A DNA stretch of 64,000 bases from an uncultured Candidatus Saccharibacteria bacterium (GTDB lineage Bacteria; Patescibacteriota; JABMPQ01; JAQVVF01), in NCBI GenBank assembly GCA_964574655.1, contig CAZNOH010000002.1, positions 172,596 to 236,595 on the forward strand, read 5' to 3'. This document shows, one piece after another, positions 29,398 to 38,645 of the stretch (its first letter is position 1; every line of letters begins with the position of its first letter). The notes below the pieces were generated by a model. The model saw nothing but the letters and a program-made list of their open reading frames with translations. It made no database searches and was not told the origin of the DNA. The position numbers and the translations under genes were made by a program.

Positions 29398-30024
29398 ATG
29401 AAATTTTATAAAGAAGAAGTCTTGAGTGAAAAAATGAAGCAAGATTGGGACAAACTAAAAAAACTCAAAGACATTGGCATTTTGGGAGGCGGTACTGCTT
29501 TAGCCTTGCAACTTGGACATCGCCAATCAATTGATTTTGATTTTTTTTGTTCAAAACTAATCTCCAGCAAATTGATTTTAAAAATAAAAGACATTTTCGG
29601 CGAAATCAAAATTTTAATTAACAATTCTGATGAACTTACCTTTTTAACACCGAACAAAGTCAAAATAACTTTTTTATATTATCCTTTCAAATTTAACAGC
29701 CAGCCTTTAAATTTTGAAGACCTAAAACTTTTAAACATTCTTGATATTTCCGCAACAAAAGCTTACGCCCTGAATCGCCGAGCAAGCATCAAGGATTATA
29801 TAGATATTTATACTATTCTAAAATCAGGCATTACTTTGCCTCAAATTATCAAAAAAGCTATAAATATTTTTGGCGAACTATTCAGCGAAAAATTATTCTT
29901 ATCCCAATTGTTATTTATGGAAGATATTGATCCCAGCAGTTTTGGTGAAATACTTTTTATTGGAAAAAATAAACCGGATTTTAAGCAAATACAAAACTAT
30001 TTTAAAGAACAAATTAAGATATAA
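29398..30024 (+). CDS. AbiEii/AbiGii-family nucleotidyltransferase (type IV TA toxin-like), copy 1
   Basis: 'GGTALALQLGHRQSIDFDFF' matches the DUF1814/AbiEii N-terminal signature. Confidence 0.7.
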   Translation: MKFYKEEVLSEKMKQDWDKLKKLKDIGILGGGTALALQLGHRQSIDFDFFCSKLISSKLILKIKDIFGEIKILINNSDELTFLTPNKVKITFLYYPFKFNSQPLNFEDLKLLNILDISATKAYALNRRASIKDYIDIYTILKSGITLPQIIKKAINIFGELFSEKLFLSQLLFMEDIDPSSFGEILFIGKNKPDFKQIQNYFKEQIKI

Positions 30025-30058
30025 CAGCGATAATAATATAAAAAATAATTAAAATATT

Positions 30059-31078
30059 ATGCCCAGATCGCCAGAACATCCACAACAATTAGCTGATATT
30101 AAGGAGCCTGAAGAAGCAAAAAAAGCTTCAGGTTTTGAAATTGCCAGAACTCCAGAATCAAAAAGTTTTATTGATGTTGCTGATAATCTAGCAGGACAAA
30201 TAGAGCGAGATGAAAATGTTACAGCAGGCCAAGTTTTAGAATTAGAACAAGCATTAGACAGATTAATCGAATCAGATCCAAGATTAGAAGCAAAGAGACT
30301 GTTTGGCGAGAGCTATATGGGACCAGATGAGATAGAACAGCACTTTACTTTAGAAAGCGGAGAGAAGCTATTTGAATACACAGTAGAAGAAAAACAAAGA
30401 ATTAGCCAGATGCTCAGAGAGAAATTAGATGATCCGCAAATCAGAGATTTGATAAAGCGAACATCAAGAGAAGAATTGCGTGATAGATTCCAGCTATTTC
30501 TTTTTCCTGACAAGTTTAAAGATGGCACGCCTGTTACGATGAAAAGCTTGCAGGAGAGATTTGAACCGGAAATGATGAGGCGAGGTTTAGACAAATTGCT
30601 GAAGGATACAAGCTGGTATGAAAATGAAGATTTTTTTACTTCTGATTCCAATCCATTATCATGGAAATTATTAAGCCGTGGCAATATTGAAGGATCAACT
30701 AACAAGAATTATATTGAAGAAACTAGATTTTTTAGAGAATATTTAAGACAAAACAATCTAGCAACGACAGATGAATTAAATGAATGCAGTGATGCGAAAT
30801 TAGAGGAACTAAATCAACTGATGAGTACAGATTTGAAAGAAGCAGCCAAACAACTATCTGAACTAAAAATTAATCAAAAATACCGAATTAATCCTTTAGA
30901 AGTAATTTTTATCCATGCAACTTCAAAGAGTGCTTTAGCAGGTGCTTATGCGAGGACAGCAAAGCGTTCGTCTGGTGGCGAGTTGGTCGGTGCTGGGCAC
31001 TGTGGTGATGATGGTGCTAATTTGCATTGGTGGCCTGGCGGTGCTGTTAGTGATCTGGGCGTTTCTTTTTCCCGCTAA
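30059..31078 (+). CDS. Acidic hypothetical protein (339 aa); 3' end probably mis-called (see overlapping TM-peptide ORF)
   Basis: Long ORF with SD. Helical acidic composition, higher GC. The C-terminal 45 aa are low-complexity Gly/Ala-rich, typical of an out-of-frame read of a hydrophobic-coding region. Confidence 0.5.
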   Translation: MPRSPEHPQQLADIKEPEEAKKASGFEIARTPESKSFIDVADNLAGQIERDENVTAGQVLELEQALDRLIESDPRLEAKRLFGESYMGPDEIEQHFTLESGEKLFEYTVEEKQRISQMLREKLDDPQIRDLIKRTSREELRDRFQLFLFPDKFKDGTPVTMKSLQERFEPEMMRRGLDKLLKDTSWYENEDFFTSDSNPLSWKLLSRGNIEGSTNKNYIEETRFFREYLRQNNLATTDELNECSDAKLEELNQLMSTDLKEAAKQLSELKINQKYRINPLEVIFIHATSKSALAGAYARTAKRSSGGELVGAGHCGDDGANLHWWPGGAVSDLGVSFSR

Positions 31079-31118
31079 TATATTTGAATTCTTGATTTTT
31101 GGTTGCTTGGACGCTTAA
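30948..31118 (+). CDS. Candidate small membrane protein (56 aa) overlapping the 3' end of 30059..31078 in another frame
   Basis: Frame-0 ORF 'MRGQQSVRLVASWSVLGTVVMMVLICIGGLAVLLVIWAFLFPANIFEFLIFGCLDA', a clear TM helix. Bounded by TAG at 30936 and TAA at 31116. Confidence 0.4.
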   Translation: MRGQQSVRLVASWSVLGTVVMMVLICIGGLAVLLVIWAFLFPANIFEFLIFGCLDA

Positions 31119-31142
31119 AATTTTTAGACCACAAAATAATTT

Positions 31143-33215
31143 ATGGACAAAAAACAAGCCAAAATCAGAATAGAAAAATTAAAGAAAGAAGTTAATCATC
31201 ATCGCTATCTTTATCATGTCTTAGACAAGCCAGAAATATCTGACTCTGCTTTAGATTCTTTGAAAAATGAATTATTTAAATTAGAACAGCAATATCCAGA
31301 ATTTGTAACTTCTGATTCGCCGACTCAAAGAGTGGGAGGCGAGGCTTTAAAAGAATTTAAAAAAGTTAAACATGATGTTCGCATGCTCTCATTCAATGAC
31401 GCTTTTTCCAAAGAAGATATGGAAGATTGGCAAAAAAGGATGGAAAATTATCTTAAAGAAAAAAAAGAATTTAATTTTTATTGCGAGCCAAAGATTGATG
31501 GCTTAGCGATTTCTTTAATCTATAAAAATGGGCAATTCGTCTTAGGTTCAACAAGAGGTAACGGCTTTGTTGGTGAAGATGTAACTTTGAATTTAAAAAC
31601 AATTGAAAGTATTCCATTAAATTTAACAAAGAAAGATCATAAAATTTATTTAAAAAAACAAGACAGCAGATTAGCGAGCGAATTAAAAAAAGTTGACCAG
31701 ATGTTAGAAAAATTTAATTTAGCCAAATCAGAACTTGAAGTTCGCGGCGAAATTTATTTAGACAAAAATGATTTTGAAAAATTAAATTTAGAACAAAAAA
31801 AGAAAAACTTACAAATTTTCGCAAATCCCAGAAATGTTGCTGCTGGATCAATCAGACAACTAAATCCAAAAATTACAGCTTCACGTAAATTAAAATGTTT
31901 TGTATATCATGTAATAACAGACTTAGGTCAGACAACGCACGAACAAGAGCATTTGATCTTATGCCGTTTGGGTTTCAGAATAAATCCTTATACTGAATTA
32001 GCTAAAAATTTGAAAGAAGTTTTTAGTTATCACAAAAAAATAGGTAAAGTCAGAAATAGGTTAGAATATGAAATTGATGGCATGGTCGCAATCGTTAACG
32101 ATAATAAATTGTGGCAAAAATTAGGTATTGTTGGCAAAGCTCCAAGAGCTTGCATGGCTTACAAGTTTCCAGGCAGAGAAGCGACAACCATCGTTGAGGA
32201 TATTAAGGTTCAAGTCGGTCGCACTGGCGCTTTGACTCCAGTAGCGCATTTGCAACCTGTTTCACTCAGCGGTGTCACTATTTCTCACGCTACTTTGCAT
32301 AATGAAGATGAAATTAATCGATTAGGATTAAAAATAGGCGATACAGTTATTATAAAGAGAGCAGGCGATGTGATTCCTGACATTGTGAAAGTTCTAAAAA
32401 ATTTGCGAACAGGCAAAGAAAAAGAATTTCATATGCCAAGCAAATGTCCAATTTGTGGATCAGAAATAATTAAAAAAACAGATCAAGTTGCCTATTATTG
32501 TTCCAACAAAAAATGTTTTGCCATGCAAGAAAGAAATATCAGCCATTTTGTTTCAAAAACAGCTTTTGATATTGATGGCTTAGGTCCAAAAATAATTGAA
32601 CAATTAATCAGCAATGATATAATTGATGATGCTTCTAATTTGTTCACTTTAAAAATTGATGACTTGAAACCATTGGAAAGATTTGCTGAAAAATCAGCCA
32701 ACAATATTATTAATGCAATCAACAAAGCAAAAGAAATTTCTTTGGCAAGATTTATTTATGCTTTAGGAATTCGTCATGTCGGAGAGGAAACAGCTTATGC
32801 TTTGGCTAATCATTTCAATAATTTAGAAAAAATAGAAATAGCAAAATTAGAAGAATTACAAAAAATTAGAGATGTGGGAGGAATTGTCGCTCAAAGCATT
32901 TACGAATATTTTCAAAATAAGAAAAACCTTGACATTGTCCATAAATTAATAAAAAATGGCATAAAGATTGAAAAACAAAAGCAAATTGCCCAAAAATTAT
33001 CAAGTAAGACTTTTGTTTTGACTGGAACATTAGATAAATATTCCAGAGACGAGGCCAAGAAAAAAATCCGTGACTTAGGCGGTGATATTTCTTCATCAGT
33101 AAGTTCTGAAACTAGTTATGTTGTCGCAGGCAAAGAGCCTGGATCAAAGTATGAAAAAGCCAAGGCGCTTAAAATTAAGATTCTTGATGAAAAAGAGTTT
33201 ATTAAAATGATTTAA
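31143..33215 (+). CDS. ligA: NAD-dependent DNA ligase LigA
   Basis: Adenylation motif 'CEPKIDGLAIS', OB fold, C4 zinc finger (CPICG...C..KC), HhH and C-terminal BRCT. Confidence 0.92.
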   Translation: MDKKQAKIRIEKLKKEVNHHRYLYHVLDKPEISDSALDSLKNELFKLEQQYPEFVTSDSPTQRVGGEALKEFKKVKHDVRMLSFNDAFSKEDMEDWQKRMENYLKEKKEFNFYCEPKIDGLAISLIYKNGQFVLGSTRGNGFVGEDVTLNLKTIESIPLNLTKKDHKIYLKKQDSRLASELKKVDQMLEKFNLAKSELEVRGEIYLDKNDFEKLNLEQKKKNLQIFANPRNVAAGSIRQLNPKITASRKLKCFVYHVITDLGQTTHEQEHLILCRLGFRINPYTELAKNLKEVFSYHKKIGKVRNRLEYEIDGMVAIVNDNKLWQKLGIVGKAPRACMAYKFPGREATTIVEDIKVQVGRTGALTPVAHLQPVSLSGVTISHATLHNEDEINRLGLKIGDTVIIKRAGDVIPDIVKVLKNLRTGKEKEFHMPSKCPICGSEIIKKTDQVAYYCSNKKCFAMQERNISHFVSKTAFDIDGLGPKIIEQLISNDIIDDASNLFTLKIDDLKPLERFAEKSANNIINAINKAKEISLARFIYALGIRHVGEETAYALANHFNNLEKIEIAKLEELQKIRDVGGIVAQSIYEYFQNKKNLDIVHKLIKNGIKIEKQKQIAQKLSSKTFVLTGTLDKYSRDEAKKKIRDLGGDISSSVSSETSYVVAGKEPGSKYEKAKALKIKILDEKEFIKMI

Positions 33216-33224
33216 AAATCTCTT

Positions 33225-33281
33225 ATCCTCGTGGCCCGGCCTTTAGGCCGGGACGTTCCGGGCTAAAGCCCGGACCACAAA
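33225..33281. repeat. GC-rich nested-palindrome element (cruciform-capable), REP-like or small structured RNA
   Basis: 'gtggcccggcctttaggccgggac gttccgggctaaagcccggaccac'. Each half is itself a hairpin and the halves are mutually complementary. About 70% GC in an AT-rich intergenic region. Confidence 0.6.
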
Positions 33282-33301
33282 AAAGTTAATTTAAAAATTT
33301 T

Positions 33302-33592
33302 ATGCCAGACATAATTACAAAACAGGAAGTCGAGAAAGTCGCAAAACTAGCGCGCATTAAAATTACCGAGCCAGAAAAAGAAAAATTCGCCAAGCAATTG
33401 ACAAGCATTTTAGATTACGTTAATCAGCTTTCTGAAGTTGATACAAAAAATGTTCAGCCAACTAGCCAAGTTACAGAATTAAATAATGTAATGCGTGCTG
33501 ATGAGGTCAAGAGTTATGAAAATAAAGTTCAATTAATCGAAAGCGCGCCAGAAAGCATAGACAATCAAATTAGAGTCAAAAGCATTCTATAA
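33302..33592 (+). CDS. gatC: Glutamyl/aspartyl-tRNA amidotransferase subunit C
   Basis: 96 aa, 'ITKQEVEKVAKLARIKITEPE...LDYVNQL', typical GatC. Confidence 0.85.
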   Translation: MPDIITKQEVEKVAKLARIKITEPEKEKFAKQLTSILDYVNQLSEVDTKNVQPTSQVTELNNVMRADEVKSYENKVQLIESAPESIDNQIRVKSIL

Positions 33593-33731
33593 TTTCGAAT
33601 TTTGAATTTAGAATTTTAAATCAATTTCGAAATCAGAATTTTTAATTTAAAAAACTATTACGTTCCGGAATTTAGAATTTAGTCATTTAAAATTTATTTA
33701 AAATTTGAAATTTAGAATTCAAAATTAAAAT

Positions 33732-35147
33732 ATGTTAAACAAACTCAATCTTACCGATTTATCCGCCAAACTTCAGAGAAAAGAAATTTCTTCTTTTCAA
33801 TTAGTTTCTGATTGTCTGAAAGAGATAAAAGAGCAAGACCAAAAAATTGGCGCTTTTTTAGAAGTCTTTGAAGAAGATGCGATCAATCAAGCTAAAGAAA
33901 TTGATAAAAAAGAAAAACTAGGACCATTGGAAGGAATTCCGATTGCTATAAAAGATGCAATATTGGTTAAAGGTAAAAAAAATACTTGTGGCTCAAAAAT
34001 ATTAGAGAATTATATTGCCTCTTATGATGCGACTGCTGTCAAAAAATTGAAAGATGCTGGTATGATTATTATAGGTAAAACAAATATGGACGAATTTGCC
34101 ATGGGCTCTTCAACTGAAACTTCTGCATATCATCAAACCAAAAATCCAGTTAATTTAGAATATGTTCCTGGCGGATCATCAGGTGGATCAGTTGCTTCTG
34201 TTTCCGCAAATTTTGTTCCAGTCTCATTGGGTTCTGATACTGGCGGATCAATTCGTCAGCCAGCTGCATTCTGCGGAGTTTACGGACTTAAACCAACTTA
34301 CGGCCGAGTTAGTCGTTTTGGATTATCAGCTCTAGCCTCAAGTTTCGATTGCATCGGTCCATTTGCCAGATCAGCCGAAGATTGCGCTTGGATTTTTTCT
34401 GCGATTGCAGGATCAGATCCTAAAGATTCAACATCGTCAAAGTTAGATACTCAAGATCTAATTAATCAAACTTTTCCAGTAATTAAGGGCCTAAAAATTG
34501 GCCTGCCAAAAGAATGTTTTGGCGAGGGCGTAAATTCAGAGGTTAAAGAAAAAGTTAATTTAGCCATTAAAAAATTAGAAAAACTGGGAGCAAAAATTCA
34601 AGAAGTTAGCTTGCCGTATTCCAAATATGCCTTAGCAGTTTATTATATTTTACTTCCAGCCGAAGCTTCAGCAAATCTAGCTCGTTTTGATGGAGTTCGT
34701 TACGGCTACTCTTCAAAATCAGATGATCTAATTTCTAATTATTTAGAAACAAGAGCCCAAGGCTTTGGCGATGAAGTAAAAAGAAGAATAATGCTCGGCA
34801 CCTATATCTTGTCAGCTGGTTATTATGATGCCTATTACAAAAAAGCTCAGAAAGTTAGGACAAAAGTCATCGAAGATTACAAAAAAGTTTTTGAAAAAGT
34901 CGATCTTTTAGCAACGCCAACAACTCCGACAACAGCTTTTAAATTTGGCGAAAATTCAGATGATCCAGTTGCGATGTACATGAATGATATTTTGACAGTT
35001 TCAGCTAATGTTGCCGGTGTTCCAGCCATCTCAATACCTTGTGGTTTTGATAGTAAAAAATTGCCAGTTGGCTTACAGCTAATTGCCAACCATTTTGAAG
35101 AAACAAAATTATTGCAAGCAGCAAAAGCATATGAAACATTAAAATAA
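33732..35147 (+). CDS. gatA: Glutamyl/aspartyl-tRNA amidotransferase subunit A (amidase signature family)
   Basis: Amidase signature 'GGSSGGSVASVSA...GSDTGGSIRQPA'. 471 aa. Confidence 0.9.
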   Translation: MLNKLNLTDLSAKLQRKEISSFQLVSDCLKEIKEQDQKIGAFLEVFEEDAINQAKEIDKKEKLGPLEGIPIAIKDAILVKGKKNTCGSKILENYIASYDATAVKKLKDAGMIIIGKTNMDEFAMGSSTETSAYHQTKNPVNLEYVPGGSSGGSVASVSANFVPVSLGSDTGGSIRQPAAFCGVYGLKPTYGRVSRFGLSALASSFDCIGPFARSAEDCAWIFSAIAGSDPKDSTSSKLDTQDLINQTFPVIKGLKIGLPKECFGEGVNSEVKEKVNLAIKKLEKLGAKIQEVSLPYSKYALAVYYILLPAEASANLARFDGVRYGYSSKSDDLISNYLETRAQGFGDEVKRRIMLGTYILSAGYYDAYYKKAQKVRTKVIEDYKKVFEKVDLLATPTTPTTAFKFGENSDDPVAMYMNDILTVSANVAGVPAISIPCGFDSKKLPVGLQLIANHFEETKLLQAAKAYETLK

Positions 35148-35151
35148 TTTT

Positions 35152-35847
35152 ATGTCAGATCCAGAAAAAAATATTCTTGACGAGTTAGTTGAATGGAGAA
35201 AAACTGAAGACGCAATTGAAAGAGTTAAGGATTCTCCTCAGTATAAAGAAAAAGATGAAAATGCGCCTCATGGCTATTTTGCCGGAAGAAGAATTATCGG
35301 TCGAGATACTCCAATCAACAAAGGCATTTCTATCGGTGATTCAAGCAGAGAAATGATTGTTGTTGATGACGAAAAATTTCCAAAACTCAAAAAAATTTAC
35401 GGTGATCTCTTTGAAAAAAGAAAGCAAGAATTAATAGGTAACAGAGAAAGAGAAAAAACAGGTACAGCCGAAATTCTAGATACTGTTTATCGTCATGTTT
35501 TAGATGTCATGCCATATAGTACAGAAATTGCTGAGGAAATAAGAAAACAAGTAATTGATAGAAAAATAAGTCTTACGGTTTTTGTTGACAAAAAAGGCGG
35601 TCAATGCCGTCATCAAGTCCTTTTAGCTGGTTATTTGATTGAAAAGATGATTAGCGAGGGCTTATTAGACGGCAAAGTAGCAGTCAATCGTAATTTTATT
35701 AAAATTATCGGTGGTCATACTTGGGTAAAATTTACTGATGAAAATAAGCAAGTTTATATTGTTGATCCTGCTCAAAAATTTTGTGGAACCTTGGAAGAGG
35801 CGAAAAAAATAGTTCCTTGGTTTTACGAAGAGCCAAAAAAGAAATAA
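35152..35847 (+). CDS. Transglutaminase-like / papain-fold cysteine peptidase superfamily protein (putative)
   Basis: Ordered Cys-His-Asp candidates in TGase-core context: 'GGQCRHQV', 'GGHTWVKF', 'VDPAQ'. Confidence 0.45.
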   Translation: MSDPEKNILDELVEWRKTEDAIERVKDSPQYKEKDENAPHGYFAGRRIIGRDTPINKGISIGDSSREMIVVDDEKFPKLKKIYGDLFEKRKQELIGNREREKTGTAEILDTVYRHVLDVMPYSTEIAEEIRKQVIDRKISLTVFVDKKGGQCRHQVLLAGYLIEKMISEGLLDGKVAVNRNFIKIIGGHTWVKFTDENKQVYIVDPAQKFCGTLEEAKKIVPWFYEEPKKK

Positions 35848-35904
35848 TTTTCAGCAAATTTTCAGCTAAAGTTATTAAACTGAAATTGTAAATAACTAAC
35901 CACT

Positions 35905-37218
35905 ATGTTAAGCAATCAAACACTGGACAAAGAAACAAAATCAAAAATCAATCCAGCAGTCAATTTCCCAACCCAAGAAAAAAAATCTAAACCTAAAAAA
36001 TCTTTAGGAACTCTTAAAATCGTAATTATTTGCGTCATTGTCAGCTTTTTAGTTTCATCAATCGCTGGTTTTGCTTTTAGCGGTCTTGGCAACGTTATTG
36101 TCCAAAGCTTGAGCAATAAAAAATTAACTATTCCAGATAGAACAATAACTGTCAAAGAAGAATCCCAAACTATTGATGTTGTTAAAAAAGTCCAACCGTC
36201 AGTTGTTTCAATCGTTGTATCAAAAGATTTGCAAAAATTATATCAATATAATTCCTCTCCATTCCAAAATGATCCATTTTTCAAAGATTTTTTTCAAGGT
36301 TCAAATTTAGACGAACAGCAACAACAACCAGATCAGCAAAATGGCCAACAAGAAATTGGTGGTGGCACTGGATTTGTGATTTCTTCTGACGGCGTTATTT
36401 TAACCAATCGCCACGTTGTTTCTGATCAAGAAGCAAGCTATACAGTTGTAACAAATGATAATAAAAAATACGAGGCAAAAATTCAGGCAATTGATCCAAC
36501 TAACGATGTCGCTGTTTTGAAAATTGATGCCCATAATTTGACTCCTGCTGAATTAGGAAATTCTGATTCCATTCAAATTGGTCAAACTGTCATTGCTATT
36601 GGCAATGCCATGGGAGAATACCATAATACCGTTACTAAGGGCGTTGTTTCTGGATTAGGACGCGCAATTACTGCTGGCGATGAATTTAGTCAAGCTATCG
36701 AACAATTAGACAATATTATTCAAACTGATGTTGCAATTAATCCAGGAAATTCTGGCGGTCCATTAATTAATCTTGATGGACAAGTTGTCGGAATTAATAC
36801 GGCTATGGATTATTCTGGGCAATCAATTGCTTTTGCCATTCCAATCAATGATGCCAAAGCAGATATTGATTCTGTCAAAAAAGACGGCAAAATCAGCACT
36901 CCGTATATCGGTGTTCGTTATCAAATTATTGACAAAAGCATTGCTACTAAAAATAATCTAAAGTACGAATACGGCGCAATTGTTTTGCGAGGTACAAATC
37001 AAGACGAAGTTGCAGTTATACCAGGCAGTCCAGCTGACAAGGCCGGTATTGTTGAAAATGACATTATTTTAGAACTTAATGGTACAAAAACTGATTCTAA
37101 TAACACTCTGGCTAAATTAATCGCTAAGTACAAAATCGGCGATGAAGTAACATTAAAAATTTCGCATAAAGGCGAGGAAAAAGAGGTTAAGTTAAAACTA
37201 GAAGAAAGAAAAAGTTAA
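35905..37218 (+). CDS. htrA: HtrA/DegP-family serine protease with PDZ domain
   Basis: N-terminal TM anchor, catalytic 'GNSGGPLINLDGQVVGINTA', His/Asp motifs, C-terminal PDZ. Confidence 0.88.
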   Translation: MLSNQTLDKETKSKINPAVNFPTQEKKSKPKKSLGTLKIVIICVIVSFLVSSIAGFAFSGLGNVIVQSLSNKKLTIPDRTITVKEESQTIDVVKKVQPSVVSIVVSKDLQKLYQYNSSPFQNDPFFKDFFQGSNLDEQQQQPDQQNGQQEIGGGTGFVISSDGVILTNRHVVSDQEASYTVVTNDNKKYEAKIQAIDPTNDVAVLKIDAHNLTPAELGNSDSIQIGQTVIAIGNAMGEYHNTVTKGVVSGLGRAITAGDEFSQAIEQLDNIIQTDVAINPGNSGGPLINLDGQVVGINTAMDYSGQSIAFAIPINDAKADIDSVKKDGKISTPYIGVRYQIIDKSIATKNNLKYEYGAIVLRGTNQDEVAVIPGSPADKAGIVENDIILELNGTKTDSNNTLAKLIAKYKIGDEVTLKISHKGEEKEVKLKLEERKS

Positions 37219-37239
37219 CAACGATATAAATAAATATAA

Positions 37240-37270
37240 AAAGCACTTCTTGCAGTGCTTTTTGCTTTTC
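37240..37270 (+). terminator. Rho-independent terminator after htrA
   Basis: 'aaaagcacttcttgcagtgctttttg'. Confidence 0.7.
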
Positions 37271-37346
37271 AAAATCATTATTTTATTGTAATATATTATC
37301 AAATAGGCAAACCTTAATTATTTGTAATATTTAATATTTTTTCGTT

Positions 37347-37538
37347 ATGCCAAAAAAAACCTTAACAACAACAACAACAAAGATTTCAACAAAAACAGCT
37401 CGTTATACAGCAATTGCTACCTCTGCCTTAGTTTTATTAGGAATATTAGCTGGTTTTTCTTACGGAATGTTTATTAAATACAAGGGTCAAAAAAATCAAA
37501 AAACAGCAGAAAAATTTTTCCAACAATATATTAAATAA
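37347..37538 (+). CDS. Small single-TM protein, hypothetical
   Basis: 63 aa with TM 'AIATSALVLLGILAGFSYGMFI'. Confidence 0.4.
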   Translation: MPKKTLTTTTTKISTKTARYTAIATSALVLLGILAGFSYGMFIKYKGQKNQKTAEKFFQQYIK

Positions 37539-37624
37539 ATTAAAAAATTGTTCAATTGTTAAATTGTTAACATAGTTGTTAATATTTTAACAATTTAACC
37601 ATTTAGCAATTAAACAATTTAGCT

Positions 37625-38074
37625 ATGTTGAAAGAACAAATTAACAAAGACTTAATTACTGCTTTGAAAGCCAAAGAGCAGGCCAAAACATCAATTTTAA
37701 GGCTTATTAATTCAGAAATAAAAAACGAAGAAATCGCCAAGAAAAAAAGAGAGCAAGGTTTGACAGATGAAGAAACGCAAGCTGTTATTACTCGCCAAGT
37801 CAAACAAATCAATGACTCCATTGAATCCTTCAAGGCTGGAGAAAGAGAAGACCTGATCAAAGAAGAAGAACAAAAATTAGCAATATTGAAAGTTTATTTA
37901 CCAAAACAAATAGAATCTGCTGATGTGGAAAAAATTGTTGACGAGATTATCGCCCAAATAAAACCGCAAGGTCCAAAAGATTTCGGCAAAGTCATGGGAG
38001 CTGTCATGGCCAAAGTCAAAGGCAAAGCCGATGGCAAGGTAGTGAATGAATTAGTTAAAAAAAAACTAGGCTAA
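37625..38074 (+). CDS. GatB/YqeY domain-containing protein
   Basis: 149 aa; 'LKEQINKDLITALKAKE...LRLINSEIKN...YLPKQ' typical YqeY-like helical domain. Confidence 0.75.
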   Translation: MLKEQINKDLITALKAKEQAKTSILRLINSEIKNEEIAKKKREQGLTDEETQAVITRQVKQINDSIESFKAGEREDLIKEEEQKLAILKVYLPKQIESADVEKIVDEIIAQIKPQGPKDFGKVMGAVMAKVKGKADGKVVNELVKKKLG

Positions 38075-38078
38075 ATTA

Positions 38079-38645
38079 ATGGCAAAAATAAAAATTAGAA
38101 AAAACAAAAAAAAATTGCTTAACGTACCGAACTTTTTATCTATGTTTCGTTCAGTTGTAATGCTTATTGTCTTTATCGCGTTATTCGTTGATATCAATTT
38201 TTTGCTTTTACAAATTTTAGTTGTTTTGGCAATAATCAGCGACAAAATTGACGGCAGTTGGGCAAGACATTTTAAAGAAACAACCAGATTCGGAATGCTT
38301 TTTGATTCTTATGCTGATGCTGGATTTATTGCGATCTGCTTGATTTATGCAATTTTTAAATTAGATTTTCCATTATACATTTTATATTTTGGATTGCCGT
38401 TTGTTTTTATTATTTTGATTTTTTATCTTATCTTCTCAATATTTGGCAAAAAAATTCTCTCATTTTGGAATTTTGGTAAAAAGATAGAATCCAAGTCAAC
38501 CGCAGTCGTGCTTTTCACTTTAATTATTTTTTATTTTTTTGATCTGCCTGCCAAAGAATATATTGCTTGGTTCATGTTTATTTATATTTATATTTATTTA
38601 TTTTATTATTTATTTTCAGTTATAAAAAATGCAAAGAAAAAATGA
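38079..38645 (+). CDS. CDP-alcohol phosphatidyltransferase family protein
   Basis: Exact D-G-x2-A-R-x8-G-x3-D-x3-D motif: 'DGSWARHFKETTRFGMLFDSYAD'. Confidence 0.75.
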   Translation: MAKIKIRKNKKKLLNVPNFLSMFRSVVMLIVFIALFVDINFLLLQILVVLAIISDKIDGSWARHFKETTRFGMLFDSYADAGFIAICLIYAIFKLDFPLYILYFGLPFVFIILIFYLIFSIFGKKILSFWNFGKKIESKSTAVVLFTLIIFYFFDLPAKEYIAWFMFIYIYIYLFYYLFSVIKNAKKK

